64,000 nucleotides of DNA from Macrostomum hystrix (taxonomy: Eukaryota; Animalia; Platyhelminthes), in assembly GCA_950097015.1 (NCBI GenBank), contig CATNEN010000001.1, positions 8,556,001 through 8,620,000 of the forward strand, in the 5' to 3' direction. Position numbers and translations under genes: made by a program. Below the pieces are notes generated by a model. That model was not told the DNA's origin, did not search any database, and saw nothing but the letters and a program-made list of their open reading frames with translations. Numbering within the stretch: position 1 is the stretch's first letter; the number at the start of each line of letters is the position of its first letter. Below are positions 12,569 through 25,168 of this stretch, in pieces.

Positions 12569-13429
12569 CTCTTACGGGAAATATCTGAGCTTCGGCCAGA
12601 AACGTTGAACATCTCTTGACGGTCTGAAGGTCTGGCAACTGATTATTGTTTCAGAAAATGCGCTAGAAAACCTTGGCCCATCTTCTTGAATTTCGTGTGC
12701 TTGAGTTGTTCCGTTCGGGTGCAGCAAAACTGATTGTAAGGAAATTCATCTCTTGGTATAAAAACAGGCCGGAAAATAGCTTAGTAGTTCTATTGTTAAT
12801 ATAACATTTTGCACACCAATTAAGCCCGCGAGCAGGCAATTGAATCCAGAATACAAAAATGTATGCGAGCAAAGACTCTCTGCTCGGTTTCTATGGTAAA
12901 AACTGTGCACCATAGACAATCGTCGTTTTTACCATAGACAGGCTCTGAATGCATGTAGGTTACTAACCAAGGTCATTTAAAGCCGAAGTTCGACATCTAT
13001 TTTTATCTCTAACAATATAATACGACGTATTACCTAGCTGCCATATAATATAAAGTACTTATTTCTGTTTTTAAGCATTCTCTCTTTTCTTTTACCACAA
13101 CACTGCGCCGCTATTTGTAAGAATATACGCTCGTAAGTGGAACTTCAGTTTTAAGCAATCATCTCTAAATGTTTTATGGACGATTTAGTAAATACCGTTA
13201 GTCGTTTTACTGTACTCGTCTAATGTCGAATTATTAACCGCCGCAATTTTGTATCATGCTCATACAATTTTGCACAGCCATGATAGAAAGCATTGTGCTA
13301 TACTGTACCTCGTAACTTCAAATCTGCCATAGATAGCAGAAAGGCATACATTCTCCTTGCAAGCCGAACGCCAACTTAAGAGTCTATGGTTAAAGCTCAG
13401 ATCAATAATGTCACAAGTAACTTCAAATC

Positions 13430-14400
13430 AGTCCAATGAACAGATAGGGAGTTGGAACCAAAGCAGTAAAGGCTAGAAAACTTATTTATAGACCCAGCTA
13501 CAACACTGGACGGGACTGGGGGATGGAGGAGACTGCATGGCCATTGACCTCGGAATCAAAAGGACGACAGCAAACCTAATCCTAAAGCGCTACCTAGAGG
13601 AAAACCGAGCAAGAGGAGTGGCTAGACACGTGAAAGTAAGTGAACAGATGCTTCAAGCACTTCACTGGTATGTTGCTGAAAAGCCGACCATTAAATGAAA
13701 TGGGAGACAAGCTGAGTGTTGAAGTTCCCGAAGCACCCGCTGTTTCTACCCAATGCCTGAGTAAGAAGCTAGACGGTACTCTGATAACCTTAAAGGACGT
13801 CAGGCATATGTACGCGGGCTGAAGTGCGCCAGGTCCCAAGGATGCGCGAGCGATCCTGCACTGGATGATGAATGAGGGTCATCTTCAAGAGCATCTCATA
13901 TAAGTCGATGAATGTGGCTGTGATTTGTGGACTTTGCGGTCTAAAGACTGGTCAGCTGCTGGCGATCGTGCTGTGCGAATTACCGATGGTCAGCGCGGTC
14001 CAATGTCACCGTCGTTCTCGCGGTGAGTCCCCAGCTTGGATTGGTTCACTATGCATGTCACGTTGGTGGCTTCACAGAAGAACGCTTCACTGCATTCTGC
14101 TCGGAGGTGTTTGTACTTGTTGACGCACCATTCGTGATGGTGGCGGACAATGCGAGAGCCCACACCAACGTGCCTCCGATGCAAAGGGAAGACCAAACCG
14201 TACGTTTTCTACCCGTGTATTCTCAGTTTTCTCAATGCGACTGAGATGGCCATCTCAGCACTGAAGGCCGCAGCAAAGAGCCGACTGACAGAACCGGCAG
14301 TGGTTAGAGAGCTGGGTGATCGCGCCGCCGCAGCGCAGGCTGCGATGACATTGCACAACTAGCGACTGGGCATTCTGAATTCGCGAATTGCATGTCAGCA
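13430..14400 (+). pseudogene. Decayed Tc1/IS630-like DDE transposase
   Basis: Frameshifted fragments VMVADNARAH...VRFLPVYSQ(F)LNATEMAISALK resemble the DNAxxH...LPPYSPxLNPIE signature. Confidence 0.65.
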
Positions 14401-15680
14401 TGCCTCATCTGACACATGACAGATGTATGCCTTTCTGCTATCTATGGCAGATTTGAAGTTACTAATTGTGACAGACTTGGAGTGGAAAAGGAATATTTGC
14501 CTCAGAGGCCAGAGGAGCCTTTGTGTCTTGGAACCATGGGACAGAAGCCATTCAGTACTAGGATTCACACTCTGCTAACGCTGCAGGCACCCTACCGGCG
14601 CGGCCAGGCCCGAACTCGGCGTTTCGTCGACTGCCTGCTGGCCGATGCTGGCGCCCCGGACACTGCCGGCGGTGCGGCCTTTGTTCGCGCCCAGGCTCTG
14701 AAGCGTGCACTGTGACGCTGCCTTTTCCACCTGACAGCGTACTTTGTTGTTGTTGTTGTTGTTGTTGTATTCACACTCTAATCGACAAGACTCTAATTAG
14801 TAAACAATACGAACTGCACTGGCTGCGGTATTAAGAATCCATAAATCGAAAGTAGGAGCAACCTATTTAACTTTCGTCTGGGAAATCACAATTTCTCAGA
14901 CAGTGTCGCTCAGAAGTAGAAAACGAAGTCCATTTACTCTCAAAGTGTCGCTGGAGTCCATGCAAGGAGACATTTTTACAAAAAATATCGGCGTTTGTGC
15001 CAAACTTTGGAAACCTGAAGTGGACAAATGCATATACCTAACGGTACCAAAAATTACACTTTGGCAAGAAAACGCGATGATAATATAATGTATACGATAT
15101 ATTCAATATTACAGTACCATAATATAATTGACAATACAAATAAAGTGGTTTTTTCGTAAGAATTCACTATTTAAACATTTTTTTCGCCATTAGAGACTTT
15201 TCGTTCTGCGTTTTTTTGCTTTCGTTTTTACGGCTTTTTAATTCGGTTGTTAAGTGCCTACTTGCGATTAAAAATAAAATGTACAAAAACTCTTTTGAGT
15301 GCGCACTTAATAATAATAATTATGATAATCAAAGGTCCAGCAGCTCCGTCTAGATAAAGGTCAGTGACCAACGAAGTCGAGGATGATGCAGGCACATTCG
15401 GGTGACGTACTGATAAAGTTTGAAGGCCTGGCAAGGCCGCAATGCACGAAGAGCAGAGCTAACTAGTGTATAGGGGACACAAGCTCATATAGGAACAATC
15501 AGACATTCAGCCAGAACCGTTGAATATCTCGACGATCTGAAGGGCTGCGACTTGATTCTTGTTCCAGGAGATGCGCAACTAAATAGCTGGACCGTGTTCT
15601 TGCGTTTGGTGTGCTTGCATGGCTAGATAACCACCTGACTTGTTGAATGTGTTGTTCCGAGCAAAAATAAATAAATAAAT

Positions 15681-16385
15681 AAAGGTTGGCATGGTTGCAC
15701 TACTAAAATAAATGGTAGACAGGGCAGCACACAGCAAGAATTAAAGGTTGGCATGGTTGCACTACTAAAATAAATGGTAGGCAGGGCAGCACACAGCAAG
15801 AATTAAAGGTTGGCATGGTTGCACAACTAAAATAAATGGTAGGCAGGGCAGCACACAGCAAGAATTAAAGGTTGGCATGGTTGCACTACTAAAATAAATG
15901 GTAGGCAGGGCAGCACACAGCAAGAATTAAAGGTTGGCATGGTTGCACTACTAAAATAAATGGTAGACAGGGCAGCAAACAGCAAGAATTAAAGGTTGGC
16001 ATGGTTGCACAACTAAAATAAATGGTAGGCAGGGGAGCACACAGCAAGAATTAAAGGTTGGCATGGTTGCACTACTAAAATAAATGGTAGACAGGGCAGC
16101 AAACAGCAAGAATTAAAGGTTGGCATGGTTGCACTACTAAAATAAATGGTAGGCAGGGGAGCACACAGCAAGAATTAAAGGTTGGCATGGTTGCACTACT
16201 AAAATAAATGGTAGGCAGGGCAGCACACAGCAAGAATTAAAGGTTGGCATGGTTGCACTACTAAAATAAATGGTAGGCAGGGCAGCAAACAGCAAGAATT
16301 AAAGGTTGGCATGGTTGCACTACTAAAATAAATGGTAGGCAGGGCAGCACACAGCAAGAAATAAAGCTAGGCATGGTTGCACTAC
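15681..16385. repeat. 62-bp tandem repeat, about 11 copies
   Basis: Unit AAAGGTTGGCATGGTTGCACTACTAAAATAAATGGTAGGCAGGGCAGCACACAGCAAGAATT. Confidence 0.95.
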
Positions 16386-16567
16386 AGTGAAAGTAGCTAC
16401 TTAAATTCCAGTGCTCAACAAAAAGATAGCCTATATTATTGAATTCAGTGCTTAAGTGTCGTTAAGTTCTAATAAGTATTGACTCTTGGGAACTTCTATT
16501 GTAAATACACAACAGTTTGTACTAGACACCGCAAGAGAGTTTTCAAAGCGCGATGATAACAAATAGC

Positions 16568-18103
16568 TTATTCATTCTCCTTGCCGGGTTGCCGGACAGC
16601 GAACTTAATTCCTTTTACCAGAACATCGCTTTCAAAGTTCCTCTCAAGCCAAGTTAGGTGGTCTTGTGATCGGCAGTGCTTTTCTACCGCGTCCTTATCG
16701 TCGTTACGTTGTCCGCCGATGTTGTGCTCGATAAGGAGGCACTGGCAACCCTTCAGAGACCCGTTTGTTATTTTACTGAACTTGTGTTCGATTTCCGGTG
16801 GTTTTTCTTTGTCCACTTCCTTGCTGAAGGTGCTAGATCGATTCAAGAGTTCATGCAGGACATGATTGGCTTGATTCGAATTAAATTTTTCATTATCTGG
16901 TAGAGTTGCCTCGTAGAAAATCGTTCGGCTACTTCTTGAGACGGATCGGACAGATGGAACTTTCGGAACTGAGTCTGTCGAAGCGGATTTGTTTGATGGA
17001 GGCAGCTCAGGCGGCTGGTCGGGAGCTCCAGACTCGGGCTGCTCAAGAAGTGCTAAGATCAGGGCTGACGACTCTCGAGCTGATGCATCCGCTTGCAAAG
17101 CTTTGTCTAGAATTTTCTTGATCGCCGAGAACTTTCCCTTGTGAACGTCATACTTGAACACAGAGGATTTTAGATCAAAGCTAACTGATTCAGTCTCTGA
17201 AGTGAAGACTGCAACGTGTGTATCAACAGGGGAATTCTCATTATCGTGTTCCGACTTCTCTACTGGAGAATCCAGATCTGGAGACCGCAGCAACATTGCG
17301 GTCACCGTCATGCCGAACGAATAACAGTCGCATTCTTTAGTGTATTTCCTGGTGTTCTCATGCTTTGCTTTTGTCCTGGCTACCTCAGGAGCCATAAAAC
17401 TACCTGTTCCAATCTGTGGCGTCATCCCACAAGACCTCAGGCTAGTGCAATCGTCAAAGTCGCAAAGCTTGCAGATTGTTGCATTATTAAACAGAATGAT
17501 GTTTCGTGGCTTTACATCACGGTGAATGAGTTTTTGGTCGTGCAGGTATGCCAAGGCGCTGGCGACTTGCTTCATCCAGCTCATGCAGTGGGCCATTGTA
17601 AGGCGACCCGCAGCTTCACCTTGTTGGTCTGTCGGGTAATCCTTTTGATTCTCAAGCAAATTGGCCAGGCTTTGCTCTCCAGCTTCCATGACGAAGGCGT
17701 TCATGGAGATCTCATAGGATGCAGGCTTGTAAACGCCAGAAAAGAAGACAGTAACAATGTTTCTATTGTTGCAAGATTTTAACTTCAGATATGCCTCATG
17801 GAATCGAGTTAGATCGTCACCCTCCAAGAAGCAGGCTTTCACTACCACTTGTGTATCCTTGGTGGGCATAGGTACAGACTCACCAATCTCGGTCCAGTCT
17901 TTGTGTAGTTTAGCAGTCATTACAAAACCAATCTTTTTTTCATAGTAGTATATATTCTCTTCATCAAACTTAAAGTTGACGTAATTATGGAGCTGTAGCC
18001 TGATTATTTCATGGCTGTTAGTCCTATTCACTTCGACATCTTGAGGTCTGCAAGTGAAATTCGAGAAGGTCTGTTTGTTATTGTAACGCATAGATAAAAT
18101 CAA
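16568..18103 (-). CDS. Divergent TKL/MAP3K-like protein kinase (paralog 2)
   Basis: 511-aa ORF with VVVK, HRDVKPRN, KLCDFD, GTGSFMAPE; shares DWTE.G, MEAGE, MAHC..WM.Q and VRSVS with the 2960-4540 kinase. Confidence 0.85.
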   Translation of the reverse strand: MILSMRYNNKQTFSNFTCRPQDVEVNRTNSHEIIRLQLHNYVNFKFDEENIYYYEKKIGFVMTAKLHKDWTEIGESVPMPTKDTQVVVKACFLEGDDLTRFHEAYLKLKSCNNRNIVTVFFSGVYKPASYEISMNAFVMEAGEQSLANLLENQKDYPTDQQGEAAGRLTMAHCMSWMKQVASALAYLHDQKLIHRDVKPRNIILFNNATICKLCDFDDCTSLRSCGMTPQIGTGSFMAPEVARTKAKHENTRKYTKECDCYSFGMTVTAMLLRSPDLDSPVEKSEHDNENSPVDTHVAVFTSETESVSFDLKSSVFKYDVHKGKFSAIKKILDKALQADASARESSALILALLEQPESGAPDQPPELPPSNKSASTDSVPKVPSVRSVSRSSRTIFYEATLPDNEKFNSNQANHVLHELLNRSSTFSKEVDKEKPPEIEHKFSKITNGSLKGCQCLLIEHNIGGQRNDDKDAVEKHCRSQDHLTWLERNFESDVLVKGIKFAVRQPGKENE

Positions 18104-19725
18104 GTATAGTCAACATAGGAATGCTATCCCAACTATTAATTTTTTGGTAAGATAAATAGATAGATACATCTATCAACTACCCGTACTCAAGCAACACTGT
18201 TGTCTAGCCACTGTTAGTTTTACGTTTCGTTCATTAATTAGATGATAAAATTCCACTAATAAATGATTTCTTTATTCAAATGGCTTGCGCTGTGAGATAA
18301 ATGAAACACTACTTACCCCGTCTTTAAATATTCTTCTTCGGTAGAATTCATTGCTTAACTTCGGCTTGGCAGACAAAAATGAGTGAAGTACTCTTTACTA
18401 GCTTCTGTAATGAAAAATTGAAGGCTTTTCAAGTATTTATGATTCTTTATTTTAGCGTGTACAGAAAAAACTACGCTCATTTTAGCTCACCCACCACAAA
18501 ATGGGGTGTGTGTGCCGTGTCCATGGGTACCATTGTGCTTGCAGCTTATGCAGGACCGCACAAGAAGACGGGATCGATGAAAGGAAAGGGGATAACGAAC
18601 AGTAGGAAAGAGGTTTCAGTAGAAGTGGGAACACATTCTAACTCAACTAAAGCGTTTTTAAGACTTTTACCCACCCTCCATTGGCGTGCCTGCCAACCAG
18701 CTAGTTTAATGATAATAACTGTACTAGACTAGAGGCTGCGACCTCACTCAACTCAAATCCTCACGAGTACTGTTGCTACGGTATTGCCTCCCCTCGGATC
18801 GAGGGGTTTTAAAGACATTATATATATCGGAGCGGAGCGCGAAAAAGATTCGCCGCTCCAGTTAGTTAGAGATTCAGTTTGAGTTCCGTTAAGCTAAACA
18901 TATTAGAAAACTCATTGTGTTTGTGTTAATTCTTGAGTAGAATCTGAGATAACAAGCTAGAAAGATCGCAACGCCAGCCTGTCTACTGAGTGTCGATAGT
19001 CGTTAGTAGTTATAGCCTTCAAGACATCTAGACTGCCACAAACCGCTAGACTACATATAGGAAACACCAGAACAGAGAAAACATAAAGCTTGAAGCGCTA
19101 TAATTTAATATACTACTGATGTGGTGCAGTAGTGCCAAAAAAGCCACTTGAATCGTTAAAATGGAATTCAATACTTCATAAACAATACATGCGATGAAAA
19201 AGCAAAACGCGAATAAGAAAAAAAATATTTTACAGACGCATTTTGTCAAATGTCAGGACGCCAAGTCACTGAAATCTTTCTGAACAGCTCTTGACCGCTC
19301 CAATAATGAAAAAAAAATTACAAAAGCTTTTACATTAGCCCTGCCATTCACTAATGTCATCTATTGATTGGCTCTTCAAAGTCCATTAACAGTTTCGGAA
19401 GCTAGTTTCGTTAGCTATCAATTAAGAATTTTGTGTTGGAGTGGATTTTAGTATCAGTAATCCCCCTCACTTATCAAACGGAAAATTTTAGTCGTCGAAG
19501 TCGATGAGAAACATTAATTGATATCTCATAAATGCTCGTCGCGCTCCGATATTTTCCGAGAAACCAAAACTTAATCCCCAAAAATTTACACTTGCCAAAC
19601 TAGACATGAGGCTGATAATTCGTTTTTTTATTTTCTTATTTCTCTCTTGTCGTCAAAGTTTGGAACAAGAAGCATCGAAATCGGTAGCTGCTTTTGTTTG
19701 AGTTAACGCACCGGTAACTCTACCG

Positions 19726-21837
19726 TTGGCCACGAGTGTAGCGATGGTCGCCAAGCCGGATGTGCAGTCCGACTCAAGTTGCATTGTTTGGTGCAAGCTG
19801 ACTGGCTGCTCTGCAGCTAGTAGAGATGTCAGCAAAGACATGTGCCAACTGGCTATTGTGAACGTCTCATCGAATGATTTGGGGCCACCGGAGAGTGACA
19901 ACTTGAAGATTTTTCGCGAAAACTCCGCTGCTCAAGTTTGGCTTTCCAGCAACCTGGCCGAATTTCTCGATAGTCGAAGAATCAACCTGACAGTTATGTT
20001 CACAAGTGAGTTGAATGCATGCATACCAACAAACAGTATGAAGGAAGGGGGTCGTTATCAGAGCGGTTTAAGTGTTTGCCTCTCGCGCCAAGGTCCCTAA
20101 GTTCGATTCCATGGCAAAGCCACATTCATTTGGGCGCAGCCGTGGAGAGAAGGCTTAGGGGGCTTGTCGTGCAATGTACACTCTTGAGGGCTAACTTCTA
20201 AGGCACAGTAAAGTGTACACTGCCTGACGATGAGAAAGTCAGGGCAGATGTACACACCTGTGTGAGCGTGTGCCCGCGTACAGTATCTGTGTGCATGTGT
20301 GCTCAGGAGTCAGCGAGATGGGCAGAATTGCCTCATCGCTGGCTGAGGGTCTAGTGCCACTAAATGATGTGCCTGAAGCCCTCCTGTGTTTATTATTATG
20401 AACAAAGAATGAAAAAAAGTCAGAATTATTATTTAAATGTTAATGGCTTCAGGGCAGCTGTTCCCTTATTTAAGATATTTTTATGATGTACTTTGCTAGT
20501 GTTTCAGTGGTTTCCCTGTCGTCTTGTGCCAATTTCTAGATTTCTCTTCTGCTGTTAAGGACGCGAAATTGGGAGTTTTCCCTGAAATTTTCTTTTCAAA
20601 GTTTGATCGTGTGGTACTATACCTATTCCAACTGCACTTAAAATATAAGAAGTGGACCTCGTTTTCCACTTCAATTTTGCAGTTACTAAATAGTCTATTC
20701 TCATAAGGAATTTCCAGTCTGGCAGCTCGCAACGTTTCGCAAGCTAGCTTATGGTTTCCTAGTCTAAACAAGGAAAGAATAGTAGAAGTGGCTCAGCTTG
20801 TTTGAGTTCTGTGTCCTTTGTCTCCAATGGGTATCGAACTGAGCAACGAAAATTTTCCTGTGGTTTCTAATTGCCTCTGCAGTTCAGCATAACTTCAATT
20901 ATGGAATAGAATGGAATTCCGATCATTTCAGACATCGGAGAAGGCAGGCTGGGTTCCATTCAACAAGCGACCATCAACCTGACCGGCTGCTACCGTATCG
21001 AAGTCGCGGGTGCCAGCGGTGGCAACATTTTAAACGGCCACTCCGGTGGCAGAGGCGCCACCGTCGCTGGAAACTTCAACCTGACAGCCGGCAGCAACCT
21101 CAGCATCGTAGTCGGTCAGGCTGGTGGTAGCACGGGTGGAAGCGCGGGAGGCGGCGGAGGCGGCGGCAGCTTTGTGTACTTCGCGCCAAGCTCCGCTGAT
21201 GACAGACTGCTGATGGCGGCTGGCGGCGGCGGAGGCGCTTCTATGATGTACAAGGGTGAGTCAGCGGAGGATCGTGAAGATTATTACTTATTAAGACTTA
21301 AAACAAATAGTACACACTGATAAATGACTCCGACTCTGACTAGGAGTGGACGGTCAAGCTGGAACTTCTGGCAGCGATTCGAAAGGTGCTGAAACTTGGA
21401 TTGGGCTCGGAGGTGCCAACGGATCTGCAGGATATAACATTCCTTACAACACTCCATCGGGTAGCAACCACGGTGGCTGCGGCGCTGGCTGGCTGCGCAA
21501 AGGGGTTAATGCGAGGCGAGGTGCCACCGATGGCGATCGGGGCGAAAGTCGAGCCTCATGGTCCGGTGGCAACGCTGGAAGCAGCAGCACAGGCCTCGGC
21601 GGCTTCGGTGGCGGCGGCGGCGGCGGCGGTGGGGGTAGAAACATTGCCGCTGGAGCGGCCGGTGGCGGCGGAGGCTTCAGCGGCGGTGGCGCCGGCATTT
21701 GCTACGACCATTCAGGAGGCGGCGGAGGCTCGTTCTGCGCCGGCGCCGGCTGCTCTGCTGTTAGCGGCGGCAACATCAAAGGCGGTCACGGATATGTAGT
21801 CCTGCGTCTGTTGGCTCTGTTCTCCGACTCTTGCTGA
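19726..21837 (+). CDS. Cys-rich (PAN-like) plus glycine-rich ALK/LTK-GRD-like protein; exons about 19726-20005, 20932-21255, 21344-21837; 5' end unresolved
   Basis: Spliced FTNIGEGRLG...YRIEVAGASGG...GGRGA...LSIVVGQAG...GGGGGGGSFV...LMAAGGGGG...GGGGGSF...GHGYVVL; phase-compatible GT-AG junctions. Confidence 0.7.
20061..20400 (+). mobile_element. tRNA-derived SINE (family 2), near full length
   Basis: Head gagcggtttaag...gttcgattcc, conserved body, (TTA)n tail; further copies near 23975-24240(+), 25225-25500(-), 38065-38420(+), 42440-42680(-), 47105-47450(-), 59665-59780(-). Confidence 0.85.
20496..20771 (-). mobile_element. LINE ORF2 C-terminal fragment
   Basis: FRLGNHKLACET...RLFSNCKIEVENEVHFLYFKC resembles a CCHC-type LINE C-terminus. 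Confidence 0.6.
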
Positions 21838-23814
21838 GAATCGGCAGTCGAAATGATGTGAAGCCTGGTCTGAGAAAGTACGAGTACTAACCAAATAACT
21901 TTCTAGAAAGAAATTCAAAGCTAACTTTGGAAGAATAAAATGATTCGAGTGTAGCAAGAAAATGATACGACTGCTTATCGCGACTGTTTCAATGTGAACT
22001 TGAAATCGTGGGTCCGAACGCGTGCAACGCTCATTTTGTTGAAAGGTGTTTAAATACACAGATAAAATCTAAATGTTTCTGCAGCGATTCTCGAGGTGTT
22101 GTTCATCACACGTTCTCAAAAAAAATTATTCGAGGTAGAGTTGTCCGATATTTAAAAGTAGTGGGGCGTTCTCGAGAGCACGCAATGATGGGACATAATG
22201 CCAGTGAAGTATGAGTCAGGCAAGGCCCATGAGCGATGCTTCACGCCTGTAGTTATCCTCTTGAGCAGGTTCATTACAGGTGGCCTGACCCTGTGCCGAG
22301 GGACGGTTGTTAACAATTCGTTTTATTCTATTTTTTACTCTGTTCTTTTTGCGTCTCACCGTTCAGCACCTCCAGCTTTCAGCGATGGCCTTTACCGATG
22401 CGATCGGTAGAAGGTCAAGGTCAAGGTCGCACCATTATGAGCGCCCCAACGTCTGCTCGACGGTCTCTGTGCCTTCCTCAGGGACATTTTTGATCGCAGG
22501 GAAGCCGCTAAAACCACCCGCCGGCTCATCGATACCAGCGTCCGTTTCACGCCCCAAAGGGCTATGGCTAAGCCAAGCCTCTACCTCACGCCGACCTATG
22601 CCTCAGAGATTCGTGAAACTGCGGTGGACTCCGCGACTTATCTAACGACGAATCACGCACTCTCAATCTCACCAAGCGATACAGAGTCATCATCCCTTCG
22701 ACGGAAGCTGCTTGCGACCACTGGAACTACCACGAGGTCCAGAAACATCCTTCTGAATCAGAATAGAGAGGAAATCCGCGCCCTCGTCATGCTATGCTTC
22801 CTCCGGGATGACCTTGAGAATGAACTTTGTCCTTTTCACAAGTACGGCAACGAATATTCTGAGAACTGTACCTCTGACTCCCCATTCATTAAGAGAGACA
22901 GGCTTCGCTATCTCGAGCCCAATTGTCTATCGATGAGGTTTGAAAGCCAGACAGTATCCCAAGGTCTTCGTCCAGCTCCTTCGGGCGTCAGGAATAGCCA
23001 CGTTCTTCCTCTCGGCGGAAGACAATGCTGCAGGATGGACCGGTGGACCACCCTGCTGACCGGCCACGTGCAATTGCCTGTCAAGCGAAATGGGCGACTC
23101 TCGTCTCCCGCCGTGTCGTCCAACGGTCAAAGAGCATGCTGCAGCTAAGTCAAATAAAGTCAATCGATTAGTGTCATTATGCGTTGTTAAGTTCTAAATT
23201 TTTCTAGGTGTTATTTCAGATTTTTCTTTTAGACAAAACTTCCAGCCAAAATTTTAAAAGTTCTCAGTGACAATTAAGGTTGCAGCTTGTGCCTTGGAGG
23301 TTGACGGCCAATTGTACTTTAAGAATTCGTTTCCAGTGCAGTGCAGCACAGAGTGAGAGAAGGTAAGGGAGAGAGAGGTACGGGACTGCGCTATAAGCTG
23401 GGGTTGAACGAGTCCAATTTATTTTGTGCACAAAATGCTTGCGTGTTGAATTTGCTTATGGTGGGTGCAATGACTGGTACCCCCTGTCCACTCCCTACCC
23501 AGCTGTGGTCAGCTAAAACTTGTGTACATAGCTGGCTAGCGGCCCTTGGAAGCGTTGAATTAAACCTATGACAACGTCTTATTCTGACAACTTTGCCCGC
23601 CATTTATTTTGTTATCTATCAGACAACAGTTTTTCTCCTAAAACTTCAGTATCTACTCGTATTACACAGAGGGTCAGTCCAAAGCTTTAAGAGTGGCTAG
23701 AAATTCAACTTGTTTCTTTGATCAAAGAAGTTATTCACCTGGAGCTGAAACGAAAAATTTGAGAACGAATAATAAAGTTCAAGAGACTGTAACTTCCTTT
23801 GAAGTTACAAGTCG

Positions 23815-25168
23815 ATGGCCGAGGCAGTGGAACCGTTGGCGACTTCGGAGGAGCCAGAAGAGAACGATGTTCAACTGCAGGAGAGCGTCAACAGCCTGAG
23901 GATGTGGCTGGATAGCATGCCGCATCTCATATGCAGAGATGGTGAGATGAAAACTTTTAACACCATGTCTATGTAGAGCTCGATTCCGCGGTGACGCCAC
24001 ATTCATTTGGGCGCAGCCGTGGAGAGAAGGCTTGAGGACTTGTCCTGCAATTTACGCCCTTGAGGGCCAACCTCCAAGGCACAATGAAGTGTACACTGCC
24101 TGATGATTAAACGATTAGAAGATGTACACACCTGTGTGTGTGTGTGCTCAGGAGTCAGCGAAATAGGCTGAATTGCCTTCTCGCTTGCTGCGGGTCTAGT
24201 GCCACATAATAATGTGCCATTGGCCGCAGCCGTGCTGCCAAAATCTAATTTATAATATAATTCAGGAATGCTTCATCTCCTCAATGCATGTATAAGCCAT
24301 GGTTGGCCTTTGAAGTGCTTTACAATGTGTAGACTCAGTTAAACAAGTTCTTACCGCCACCAACTACGTTCCAGACGATGCCTTTCTACTCAGATTTCTT
24401 CGAGTAGCAAAACTGGATCTGGAGCGCGCCCAGATGATGTTGGACAATTACGTCACCATTCGAAAGTCCAACCGCGGCTCACCGCAATGGTTCGACTATC
24501 CGCCATTGGATAGCGAGCAAATGCTCTGCTACCTGATGAAACCGTTCATGCATCTGCACCTGGGCTACAAGGCCAACGGAGAGGCTGTCTACCTGTCCAC
24601 TCTGCAGCACTGGGATCCCGAGCAGATACCGTTCGACCAGTTGATCACGCTTCTCTACATGACTGCCGACGTAGCTGTTGTCGACCCGCGCAGCCAGACT
24701 CGCGGTGTCACAGTCATTGTGGACATGAATCAAATCGGTAGCAAGCATATGAAACTGCTTGAGAACAGGAAGACATTGTTCAGCCTATTACGCAACTGGC
24801 AGGACGCATTTCCGGTCCGGATGAAGTCCGTCATCTACCTTAATGAACCTCTAGCTTTCGACATGCTCTACTCACTGATTAAGAGTACGCCTATACTCAA
24901 GAAGAAGCTGAAGGATCGACTGCATCGCGCTGGTCGCGATCTGGACAAGCTGCGTCGACTTGTGGGGCCGGACGAAGCCGACGCTCTCCTACCGAAGGAG
25001 CTCGGCGGCTGCAACGGCACCTTCGAGCAGCTGATGGAACAGTCAAAGCGACATTTTCACAGCGCCGATGTACAGGCTGAGTGGAGGCTGCTGAAGGAAA
25101 TGCAAGTACTGGAAGACCAGAGGCCGCAGTCTACAAAAGAGTTTTTGCGGACATGTGCCATTCTCTGA
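23815..25168 (+). CDS. CRAL-TRIO lipid-binding protein (alpha-TTP/clavesin-like), exons 23815-23941 and 24375-25168
   Basis: DDAFLLRFLRVAKLDLERA (CRAL-N), QDAFPVRMKSV, LLPKELGG; phase-1 intron containing a SINE. Confidence 0.9.

Noticed and set aside
15681-16385. CRISPR-like array
   Set aside because: Head-to-tail near-identical units with no unique spacers, in a eukaryotic context with no cas genes
22307-23163. Overlapping 112-194 aa ORFs
   Set aside because: No recognisable domain or splice structure; may be decayed mobile DNA, cannot be supported
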